From IMG/VR virus record IMGVR_UViG_3300048028_000412: a DNA stretch of 64,000 nucleotides; one strand, given 5' to 3'. Each line of letters starts with the position of its first letter. Position 1 is the first letter of the stretch. This document shows positions 20,126 through 28,892 of this stretch, piece after piece. A model generated the notes under the pieces. That model did no database searches and had not been told where the DNA came from. It saw nothing but the letters and a program-made list of their open reading frames with translations. The DNA comes from an uncultured virus (IMG/VR IMGVR_UViG_3300048028_000412) (lineage: Duplodnaviria > Heunggongvirae > Uroviricota > Caudoviricetes). A program made the translations under genes and the position numbers.

Positions 20126-21096
20126 CAGAAAGCAATGCTCCCTGATCCAGTAAATTTATAAATATTGTAAGAACCATCTGTGGTTACAGTAGGTGATCCA
20201 GTAGTCGATGTGGCAGTATTTGTTGTCCGTAAAATAACTACACCAGAGCCTCCGCTGCCGCCATTTCTACCAGACGCACCACCACCACCACCGCCAGTGT
20301 TTGCAGTACCAGATTGAGGATTAGTTACATTAGTTCCATAAGTTCCTGCACCGCCACCGCCTTGACCGCTAGGGCCTCTGTTAGAAGCGCCTCGACCACC
20401 GCCACCCCCAGCGTAGTAAGTAGAAGTGCCAGTTATGCTGCTAGTTAAACCATCGCCACCAGCACCACCTGTTTTTGTGTTACTAGGTGCAGCACCCCCT
20501 GCTTGACCAGCGCCACCACCGCCGCCGCCTGCATATCCACCAGAGCCGCCATTACCTTGACCGCCATCATTACCTTGTCCAGATGTACCAGATCCACCAA
20601 CCCTGTTATCGTGTCCACCACCGCCGCCAGAGCCACCGTCAATACCAACAGAGCCACTTCCACCACTATTTGTGCCAGCGCCACCACCACCGCCAATCGC
20701 AGTAGTAAAAGATGAACCGCCGCCAGTTATGGATGAATTTCCGCCATTTGCTCCTTCACCCTTACTTGTAGGGCCAGAATTTGAAGTTCCTCCAGAACCG
20801 CCAGAACCTACAGTAATTGTGTAAGTAGACCCTAAAGCTAAAGCTTGATTAGTGTAAGAAACAAATCCACCAGCACCACCGCCACCAGCGCCTCGACCAT
20901 CTTCGTCACCAGTGTAGTCATTTCGACCTCCACCGCCGCCGCCAGCTACAATTAGAAGATCTGCAATTGCAGCTAAAGAAGGCCAATTACTTTCTCTTGT
21001 TTCATCAGAAATATTATTAGCAGAAAAAATGCCAGAAGCAGATGTACTACTTAGCGAAGATTTTTTGCCAATAACTGATGAATTATAACGCTGCAC
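20125..21096 (-). CDS. Glycine-rich adhesin/fibre tip protein
   Basis: LIVAGGGGGG, GGGGAGG, GGSGVVILR, YKFTGSGSI; likely GTG start at 21096 after GAGGAG. Confidence 0.75.
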   Translation of the reverse strand: MQRYNSSVIGKKSSLSSTSASGIFSANNISDETRESNWPSLAAIADLLIVAGGGGGGRNDYTGDEDGRGAGGGGAGGFVSYTNQALALGSTYTITVGSGGSGGTSNSGPTSKGEGANGGNSSITGGGSSFTTAIGGGGGAGTNSGGSGSVGIDGGSGGGGGHDNRVGGSGTSGQGNDGGQGNGGSGGYAGGGGGGAGQAGGAAPSNTKTGGAGGDGLTSSITGTSTYYAGGGGGRGASNRGPSGQGGGGAGTYGTNVTNPQSGTANTGGGGGGASGRNGGSGGSGVVILRTTNTATSTTGSPTVTTDGSYNIYKFTGSGSIAF

Positions 21097-21449
21097 TAGC
21101 TGATCTCCTCGTAAGAACATACAGCTTCAAGATCAGAGGCGGCGTTGGCAGTTAGTCTAAGCGCATCGCCTTCTTCTAAATAAATAGCTTTAGATAAAAC
21201 GTCTAAAGTTGCATCGGCGGGAACTACTACAGTTTTAGCAACGTGATAAGCAGTGCTAGACCTATATAAATCTACTGTAATTTCTGCGTTGTTAGTGCCA
21301 TCAACATTGCTCACATACAGCGCATTTACTTTTAACACCTTGCCAGAAGAAGCTGAGTTTGTAACTATTGCTGCCGCAGAAGTGCCAACTGCTTGCACCG
21401 CCGTTTTACCCGTGATCGTAGCGACATTTACTATGTTAGGTGCGGTCAT
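21096..21449 (-). CDS. Small virion adaptor protein
   Basis: MTAPNIVNV...SNVDG...YLEEGD.L...SYEEIS, a type typically found between fibre and Gly-rich tip genes. Confidence 0.6.
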   Translation of the reverse strand: MTAPNIVNVATITGKTAVQAVGTSAAAIVTNSASSGKVLKVNALYVSNVDGTNNAEITVDLYRSSTAYHVAKTVVVPADATLDVLSKAIYLEEGDALRLTANAASDLEAVCSYEEIS

Positions 21450-21450
21450 A

Positions 21451-23931
21451 TTATCCTCCGAATACGATAGCCATTGCTATTGCCTTACCTGTTGTTGCAC
21501 CTTGCTGTGCTTCTGTTACAATTCCGTGATCGACAACTTCAATTCTATCGCTGTCTACGATGTTATTTATAAACGTAATTGAGCTACCACTATCAACGGT
21601 TGTATAATCATCACCACTTAATAATTTAATGCCGTTAAGATATACTGCTTCTTTACCTGGAGTATATGTTAAACTAGATACAATATTACCAGATACATTA
21701 CCACTTACACCTTTTGTATAGTTAGTAGCGCTGTAAGGAGTAGCGAATGCTACACCATGCTCAATAACTTCTACAACATCATTAAGAGTCGCTCCTGTTG
21801 TTAAGACTACTGATGTGCCATTAGTTGCAGTATAATCATCAGCTGATAGTTTAGCGCCATTCAAGAATACTGTAATATGACCGGCTGTATAATTAAGAGG
21901 AAATGCGGTCTGGCCAGCGGTTGCTGTAAATTTAGTTTCAGTAAGAGGATCTTGAGCTGATCTCAAAGGTCCACCAAAGTTAATAATCTCAACATGATCA
22001 TTTAAAGCTAGTGCATTTGTCATTACTACTGATGTACCATCAGTCGCTGTAAAATCTGTACGTTTTACGCCGTTAACAAACACACCAATCTTACCTGCTG
22101 TATATGCAGGAAGTGCAGGAGAACTAGAAGCATTAAATGTTGTTAACCCAGCTGTTGCAGTGTAGATAGTAGTTGAATAATCTTCTACATAAGAAGCAGC
22201 AACATTAACACCACCACCTCCTCCAGTAATATTAATAGTTTTAGTAGCACCAGTACCGGAAGCTGTTACAGCAGATCCAGTAAAGTTAAGAGTAGTAGCT
22301 GCTGTTGAGAGGGATGAGCCTTCATCTTGAATCGTAAGAGCACTACCTCCACCTCCACCTCCGCCAGAATTAGCTTCTCTCAAAGCAACATAAGCAGAAT
22401 CAACTGTTGAAGTAATAAGAGCAATAGTAGAAGCAGAATCTGTACCAGCAGTGGTTCTGGCTTGAACATAAGCAGAATCAACTAGAGTAGTAACTCTTGC
22501 GTTCGTATAGTAAAGGTTAGAAGAGTCTTCGCTTAAATCACTTGTAGTAAAACCAGTTAAGTTTCTAGCATTAGTCTGCACAGAGCTGCCCATATTAGCA
22601 TGCGCAGAACATTGATAATGTAGTACCAAAGGAGTAGCATCTGTAATAGTAATATCCGTATAAGCGCCGGCGTTACCAGCAGTACCTGATGCTGTTACAT
22701 TAGTAGTATATGCGGTATTCTTACCTACGTCATAATAGAACCTTAAAGGATGACCACTGTTTGTGGCACTAGCTTGGTCAAATCTGTATGTACGACCAGG
22801 AGTAAGAGTTAAGAATGGCGCTTCTACTCCATCTATAACAAAACCATTACTAGACCCCGTTCCGTTATATCTATGAGCTGCAGTCTTAGACGCTACAGTA
22901 ACAGTAAATACTTTTGTAGTGGTAGAGTGGGGGGAATTAAGATGACTAAATCCTTTTACTGCTCCTAATGCAGCAGAGTCTGCAGTGAGTGTAGTAGCAG
23001 TCAAATTACCTTCAAGCATACCGGCAACAAATGTCTCAGATCCAACTGTCCATTTATCAGTAGTTTCGTTCCAGACAAGAGTTTTATTAGCTGATGTTCC
23101 TCTTTCAATCTCAATGCCAGCATCTTGAGAAGGGGTGCCAGACTCGTCATGATTAAGAGTGATAATGTTATCGCCAATATGAACTGTATTAGAATTTACT
23201 GTAGTTGTAGTTCCTGATACTGTAAGGTTCCCACTGACAATCATATTGTTAAATGTAACGTTATCGCTTGTAGCTACTGACTGACCTATAGATATTTGAC
23301 CAGAAGATACTGTTATCCCAGTACCAGCAGTAAAATGAGCTCTTACTTCTGCAGCACTAGGTCCTGTATAAGTTAAGATACCATTACTATTGTTGTAGGC
23401 TAAAGATCCATCACCACCCGCATCAGTAACAGATATTAATCCTCTCGCCGCAGCAGAGTCAACAAAGTCAGTCCCTAGTGTTGGAAGAGTTGGAGTGTTG
23501 GTAAAGTTAGAGTAATTAAGATAATATGAACCAGCGTTGCTGCCTAGTGTATCTGCATCGATAGTTAGTGCATTAATAAAGGCTGCATCAACATCTGCCG
23601 TAATAACAGATGATACATTTGTGGAGTCAAGTATATTAGGTTTATTGCCGAGGTTGTTATAGTTAAGATAGTAAGCGCTATTCTGTCCCCCAAGAGTGTC
23701 TGCATCGATAGTTAGTGCATTAATAAAGGCTGCATCAACATCTGAAGTGATAATAGCAGAAACTGCGGCAGAATCTGTTCCAGTGGCTGGAGCATTAGCA
23801 AGGTTGTTATAGTCTAAATAATAGCTACTATCTTTACCGCCCAGCTTAATTGCATCTACACCTGAGTCGGTTAGATCACCGGATGCTAGTACCTTAGCTA
23901 AAAATCCTGATAAATTACGTGCCTGACTCAT
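21451..23931 (-). CDS. Tail fibre / branching protein
   Basis: DADTLGG..YYL.Y.N repeats, AGIEIERG, three NG..L..DYTA..G.S domains, C-terminal TGKAIAMAIVFGG. Confidence 0.75.
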   Translation of the reverse strand: MSQARNLSGFLAKVLASGDLTDSGVDAIKLGGKDSSYYLDYNNLANAPATGTDSAAVSAIITSDVDAAFINALTIDADTLGGQNSAYYLNYNNLGNKPNILDSTNVSSVITADVDAAFINALTIDADTLGSNAGSYYLNYSNFTNTPTLPTLGTDFVDSAAARGLISVTDAGGDGSLAYNNSNGILTYTGPSAAEVRAHFTAGTGITVSSGQISIGQSVATSDNVTFNNMIVSGNLTVSGTTTTVNSNTVHIGDNIITLNHDESGTPSQDAGIEIERGTSANKTLVWNETTDKWTVGSETFVAGMLEGNLTATTLTADSAALGAVKGFSHLNSPHSTTTKVFTVTVASKTAAHRYNGTGSSNGFVIDGVEAPFLTLTPGRTYRFDQASATNSGHPLRFYYDVGKNTAYTTNVTASGTAGNAGAYTDITITDATPLVLHYQCSAHANMGSSVQTNARNLTGFTTSDLSEDSSNLYYTNARVTTLVDSAYVQARTTAGTDSASTIALITSTVDSAYVALREANSGGGGGGGSALTIQDEGSSLSTAATTLNFTGSAVTASGTGATKTINITGGGGGVNVAASYVEDYSTTIYTATAGLTTFNASSSPALPAYTAGKIGVFVNGVKRTDFTATDGTSVVMTNALALNDHVEIINFGGPLRSAQDPLTETKFTATAGQTAFPLNYTAGHITVFLNGAKLSADDYTATNGTSVVLTTGATLNDVVEVIEHGVAFATPYSATNYTKGVSGNVSGNIVSSLTYTPGKEAVYLNGIKLLSGDDYTTVDSGSSITFINNIVDSDRIEVVDHGIVTEAQQGATTGKAIAMAIVFGG
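23552..23744. repeat. Perfect 46-bp direct repeat, 147-bp period
   Basis: tctgcatcgatagttagtgcattaataaaggctgcatcaacatctg at 23552-23597 and 23699-23744. Confidence 0.95.
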
Positions 23932-23960
23932 CTTGAACTTTCTTTAGTTTTAATTTATAG

Positions 23961-23968
23961 TATTTATA
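23961..23968 (-). promoter_or_regulatory. T4-type late promoter
   Basis: TATAAATA in intergenic gap. Confidence 0.8.
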
Positions 23969-23976
23969 AGAGAAGA

Positions 23977-26493
23977 TTAACCTTCTAATGAAGCTGTTGG
24001 TGGTGTGAAGTTTGCGGTGTATCTTGCTAGACCTTTGGTAACTCTTAGGTCTTGGATATAGCCATTAAATCCATAGTTTCCTGATGCTGTAGCTCCAATA
24101 GTATTATCAGTAGCTGTACCCCATTCCGTATTGTCAGTTTCCTGGTTACCTTGCGAACCATTGATATAACACTTACATTGGTTACTATATATACCTGTTC
24201 TTACAAAAGCAACGTGTACCCAATTTCCTGCTGTAGGCATATTAGCATAACACGTGCTACCCATAGTGTTAGTGTCTCCATCACTATTACCAGAGTCAAT
24301 TTGTCCTCCGCCCAACTTAACAGCGTATTTATTCCCTGCACTGGTGCTAGACCCAAAAATATGATACCTGCTTGAATATGAAGGGTAGCTTGCTGTATAT
24401 ATCCAAAACTCTACAGTGTACGGATCGTAACCAAACGCAAATAAATCATCTGGTAAATTAGTAATATAATCACCCGTTCCATCAAAATACATTGACTTAG
24501 TATTACTAAACTTGGCCTGAGTAGTTGAACCAGTAGTATTACCAACAAGCTTTAGGTTAGCGCTCTGAGATTTATCGATGATCGAAGCATCTGCGCCTTT
24601 AATGTGAACTAGCGCGCCTGTTGATGACGTTGGCGCTGACGGAACAGTTGTTCCTTCTAAACTGGATGTAGATATTTTAAAGTCTGAAATATACCCATGG
24701 CCACCATAATTGCCTGAAGTATCCCGCCCAACTTCCAAATTTGTTGCAGATAGATTAATCGTATTATTTGATTGCGTCCATTTTTGCACCCCATCTAGAT
24801 GCAATGTCGCAGTTCCTGAAATTCGTCTTACACAAAAGTGTTGCCATCTATTAGCTATACTTCCACCAGATCCATTAAAAGATGTTACATTGCCTGGAAA
24901 GTCTAAACGAATTTCTCCGCCTGCTTTAAGTAATAAACCAAGCCCGTTAACATTATTGTTTCCACCTATAGTCCAAATTCTTTTATTCCCTGATGAGTGT
25001 ATTTCGGGAGGATAGAACCAACCAGAAATACTAAAATCGCCAGTTCCAATTGCAGAACCTAAAGTGCAACTTACAGAGTCAGTTGAGGAAGATAAATTAT
25101 CAACAAAAATAGAGCCGCCGTTATCTGTTGCTGAGTATTCATCATAGTCGTAGGGTGAGAATGGTTTTAAAAAAGGTGTACCGTCTACAGATATACTTCC
25201 AGTTGCGCTTGGTGTTTCATAAATAATATAGGGTTTATGACAAGTTATAAACAAGGTGTTTGAATCAGCCGTAAGAGGTTCAGTAGGCACGGCTTTAGAC
25301 CTTGCAGAAGTAGATATTCTAAAATCTCTAATGTACCCATCTACATAATAACTAGATCTACCCCCAATTAAAAAATCATTTGTTACAGATAAGTTTGTTG
25401 AGTTGCTTGTGCTAGGATCAATGCTTTGATTATTGTCATCGATGTAAATTTTTATCGTGTTAGATTCTCGTACAACTTGAACAAAATGCCATTCGTTTTT
25501 AGAAATAACCGTGCCAGTTGATAATGTGTCATAATTAGTATTTCCAATGCGCATTCTAAGCGTTTGGTTGTTACCGTTTTTATACAACTCAAATCCATTG
25601 TTTGAAGACCCTAATCTTTCGCACAGAACCATCCAATCATCTGAGGTTGAATATACCCAAAATTCGATAGAAAAATCACCGCTTCCGATTGCTGATAAAC
25701 CAGAAAGTTCAAACCTTTGACTGGAAGCTCGTACAAACTCAGTAGAATACCCACCACTGCGATACGGGCTAAACGTACCAGCGTGAGCATCACCATTTAC
25801 AGTAATAGTATGATTATTTGAAGATGCATCCGTAATGTTATTGTTATCAGAAGTTCCATCTGCGGTAGCTAATAGAGTAGTGTAATTACTATTAGCAATT
25901 ATAGTAGTAAAATTTAATGTAAAGCTATTAGCACTGTTACCTTGGTTAATACCATCGCTAGCTGTAAAGGTTAGCTCAAAGGTTCCTGCATACGCTTCTG
26001 TGGATGATGGAGTAATAGTAAATTTATTTACATCAGAATCAGTACCTTGTGCTACAGTCGCGGTTGTGCCACCACCATTAGTCAAGCTTCCGCTCGTTAC
26101 GCTATACCCATATGTTAATGGAATACCTTCTGGATCTGCAGCTGTAACAGTAATAACAGTTCCTGTTCCGTCTGTAGCTAAGGTAAATGGAGTCGTACCT
26201 CCAGCAGAATCTTGTACGGATGTGATATTAGGATTAGTGTTTACAAGGCTTACCGAATACCAACCTGTACCGTTACTAATATACATTCTGTTTGACCCGG
26301 TAACAAATGCTTGATCTCCTGCAGATACTCCTGATAATGGAAGATCTGTGGTAGAGTCATAGGTAGTAATAGAACTACCTCCAGCTGAAGAAGCTCTAGC
26401 CCAAGCACCAGATGTACTATTATAAGTCCAAGTATTACCGCCTAGAGTAGCACTCTGACCGTTTGTTGGACTGTCTGGAAAATTTATTGCCAT
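23977..26493 (-). CDS. Virion adhesin with three LamG-like domains
   Basis: MAINFPDSP N-terminus; same scaffold and C-terminus (RYTANFTPPTASLEG) as 98-2650. Confidence 0.8.
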   Translation of the reverse strand: MAINFPDSPTNGQSATLGGNTWTYNSTSGAWARASSAGGSSITTYDSTTDLPLSGVSAGDQAFVTGSNRMYISNGTGWYSVSLVNTNPNITSVQDSAGGTTPFTLATDGTGTVITVTAADPEGIPLTYGYSVTSGSLTNGGGTTATVAQGTDSDVNKFTITPSSTEAYAGTFELTFTASDGINQGNSANSFTLNFTTIIANSNYTTLLATADGTSDNNNITDASSNNHTITVNGDAHAGTFSPYRSGGYSTEFVRASSQRFELSGLSAIGSGDFSIEFWVYSTSDDWMVLCERLGSSNNGFELYKNGNNQTLRMRIGNTNYDTLSTGTVISKNEWHFVQVVRESNTIKIYIDDNNQSIDPSTSNSTNLSVTNDFLIGGRSSYYVDGYIRDFRISTSARSKAVPTEPLTADSNTLFITCHKPYIIYETPSATGSISVDGTPFLKPFSPYDYDEYSATDNGGSIFVDNLSSSTDSVSCTLGSAIGTGDFSISGWFYPPEIHSSGNKRIWTIGGNNNVNGLGLLLKAGGEIRLDFPGNVTSFNGSGGSIANRWQHFCVRRISGTATLHLDGVQKWTQSNNTINLSATNLEVGRDTSGNYGGHGYISDFKISTSSLEGTTVPSAPTSSTGALVHIKGADASIIDKSQSANLKLVGNTTGSTTQAKFSNTKSMYFDGTGDYITNLPDDLFAFGYDPYTVEFWIYTASYPSYSSRYHIFGSSTSAGNKYAVKLGGGQIDSGNSDGDTNTMGSTCYANMPTAGNWVHVAFVRTGIYSNQCKCYINGSQGNQETDNTEWGTATDNTIGATASGNYGFNGYIQDLRVTKGLARYTANFTPPTASLEG

Positions 26494-26537
26494 TTGTTAT
26501 GCCTTAATTTAATTTTAAAAGGTGTGTCGCTCATAAA

Positions 26538-27335
26538 TTAATCCTTAATACCCATATACTTAGTATTAACACAGTCAGCTTTACCAAATATACGTTCGGC
26601 AGTTTTATCTGCATTTTTACAATACTTGTCTGCCATCTGATCAACGAACTCTTCGTAATCATTGCTGTGTGGTAAATGGCCTTCGCTAATACGATTTGCC
26701 GTATGCTGAACGTACCCGCTTACCTCTGTTAGGGCGACTTGAGGATGAACTCCGTATTGCGTCAAATACTCAATAGTAGCTGTTGAGGCTCTACCACCAT
26801 CTAACAAATTTCTATACATTAGTTCAAAACCACGCCTAACGTGGTGACGCTTTTCTTCTGCTTCAAAAGCCTCTTCGCTAAACTCTTCAATTTTATGAGT
26901 TTCTTTAATGCTTTCGTAGCTGTCTATCAGCGTGGCAATATCTTTAATACTACCGTTAATTTTGTTTTCAATTGATATAAGAGAGTGACGCTTATGTCTA
27001 AGCTTGGCCTCTGCAACTATATCATTTAGTCCTTCTAGCTCTAAAATTTCCACTCTTAATTCAGCGTGTGTAACTTGCGCTTCAGAAAGCGCCATCTTAC
27101 GTTTCTCAACTTCAGCCGTGATCTGGCGCAGCATTCGCATTGGGGAGTGACCGTTCAGCATTGTGAGAGTCATCATATTAATAGTGGTCTGGCTGTTCTG
27201 ACGATCAAAAGCTCTTGTCGCCTGATCTATCATAGGTAGCTTTTCCGCTACTCGTGCAGCGGCTACCTGATTAATGTTTTCAGAAGCCTCAACAGGGAGA
27301 CTAAACGTAATTGGCTTTGTTATAACTTGGCTCAT
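26538..27335 (-). CDS. Helical/coiled-coil hypothetical protein
   Basis: Charged helical composition; likely start MSQVIT at 27335 through TAATG overlap. Confidence 0.7.
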   Translation of the reverse strand: MSQVITKPITFSLPVEASENINQVAAARVAEKLPMIDQATRAFDRQNSQTTINMMTLTMLNGHSPMRMLRQITAEVEKRKMALSEAQVTHAELRVEILELEGLNDIVAEAKLRHKRHSLISIENKINGSIKDIATLIDSYESIKETHKIEEFSEEAFEAEEKRHHVRRGFELMYRNLLDGGRASTATIEYLTQYGVHPQVALTEVSGYVQHTANRISEGHLPHSNDYEEFVDQMADKYCKNADKTAERIFGKADCVNTKYMGIKD

Positions 27336-28888
27336 TATGCTGCTGCCCCTGATGTGGCACATCCATTATCACTATTTGCAGTTAAATCGCCAAAGTCAGT
27401 TGCGTTGCCCGTTGTTTGTATGCTGACCCGATCCATTGTGTTGTTAGCACCTCCACCAGAAATAACGGCATAGGTATGGTCACTACACACCCCACAGTTG
27501 CCTCTAGCAACCGTTGCATCTCCAAAGTCTACTGCATTAGCAGAGCTTGAAATGGTGCTGTATTGTATTTCGTTTGAGCTATTGCCCATTTTCCAAATGG
27601 CTCTTGTGCTATCGGCGGCACCTGCAACGTAACTTGTATTTGACCCTAATAAATCCCCGTGATCAGAGGCGTTAGAGGTTGTTGCCATTGTAATTTTGTT
27701 AATAACTGTTGTACTAAGCCCACCCGCAATAAGACCGTGAGTAGTATTAGCCGCACCGCCACATCTAGCTTTGGCTTCAGTAAGATCTCCAAAATCAGAA
27801 GAATTACCTTCTGTGGCTATAGTGACATACTCGATATTATTTACGCCGCTTACAGACCCAAGTCTACCGCCAGCCATAAGGCCGTATGTGCCATTTGATA
27901 CTGATGCGTGTTGACCTAAAGTGTTGCTAAGGTATCCGAATGCTGTTGCATTCCCAAGAGTAGCAACAGTGATGTAATCTATAGTATTTATCCACCCTCC
28001 ACCATTTCTAAGCGCACGAGTACCATTGCTACAAGCATTTGATAAACCAACGCTTGCGCTTTGATCGCCAAAGTCTGCTGCGTTTGAAGGAGTTGCTATA
28101 GTAAAGTAGTCTATTGCGGTTGAGTACGCAATAAAATGAATGCCCCTCGCACCGTGATTAACGGGAAACACAAGGCTCAGTGTAACAATTCGTGTCGTAG
28201 TAGAAATCCCATCAGATGCAGATAACCTTACCTTCACATCACCAGCGTGACTGGTATTTGTCGTCGGATCAAAAGTAAATACGCCAGTAGTTTGGTTTAT
28301 ACTAGTAGCATTTGCTAACTGATTGGGAAGAGCGTTAGAAGCATTAGGATAGGCTATGCCATAAGTTATTCCAAATCCTTCTGGATCGTAAGCTACCATA
28401 GTGACAGTAGATGTTGAGCCATCGCCATTTAAACCTAGAGTAGTCACTGGCTCAGTAGTGACAACAGGGCTTTCATCAGCGCCGGCGCTTACCCGCTTCC
28501 AAGCAGATCCCGCCCGAATGTATAAAACGTTCTTATCTTCATCAAATGCAAGATCACCTTCTGATGGAGAGGACACAGCGTCTATCGCGGTCTTGTTAGC
28601 ATAGGATGTTACGCCACCGGCTTCACCACTATTACCAGCTGGACCACTAATACCTACCCATTGAGAAGATGATCCGTCATTATAATAAACATACAAGGAA
28701 CCATCTGTGCTATTAAACCACTGATCACCAGCTACAGCACCTGAAGGAGCAGTATCTGATACTGTAACATTTGTTGTATTGTCACCACTAACATCCCACT
28801 TACTTGTAGTAGAATTGTATGTATATACAGCGCCGTTAATAGTTTGTGTCGCGCCGTTACTTGGACTGTCTGGAAAATTAATTGCCAT
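27335..28888 (-). CDS. Virion adhesin with Ig-like module and IDY.TIAT.GNA.DFGDL repeats
   Basis: About six repeats of ~43 aa (propeller-like); MAINFPDSP N-terminus. Confidence 0.7.
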   Translation of the reverse strand: MAINFPDSPSNGATQTINGAVYTYNSTTSKWDVSGDNTTNVTVSDTAPSGAVAGDQWFNSTDGSLYVYYNDGSSSQWVGISGPAGNSGEAGGVTSYANKTAIDAVSSPSEGDLAFDEDKNVLYIRAGSAWKRVSAGADESPVVTTEPVTTLGLNGDGSTSTVTMVAYDPEGFGITYGIAYPNASNALPNQLANATSINQTTGVFTFDPTTNTSHAGDVKVRLSASDGISTTTRIVTLSLVFPVNHGARGIHFIAYSTAIDYFTIATPSNAADFGDQSASVGLSNACSNGTRALRNGGGWINTIDYITVATLGNATAFGYLSNTLGQHASVSNGTYGLMAGGRLGSVSGVNNIEYVTIATEGNSSDFGDLTEAKARCGGAANTTHGLIAGGLSTTVINKITMATTSNASDHGDLLGSNTSYVAGAADSTRAIWKMGNSSNEIQYSTISSSANAVDFGDATVARGNCGVCSDHTYAVISGGGANNTMDRVSIQTTGNATDFGDLTANSDNGCATSGAAA

Positions 28889-28892
28889 TCTA

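Noticed and set aside
98..24060. Diversity-generating retroelement (TR/VR) explanation for repeated adhesin 3' ends
   Set aside because: Differences between copies are mostly synonymous and not adenine-specific, all copies are coding, and no reverse transcriptase is in the window
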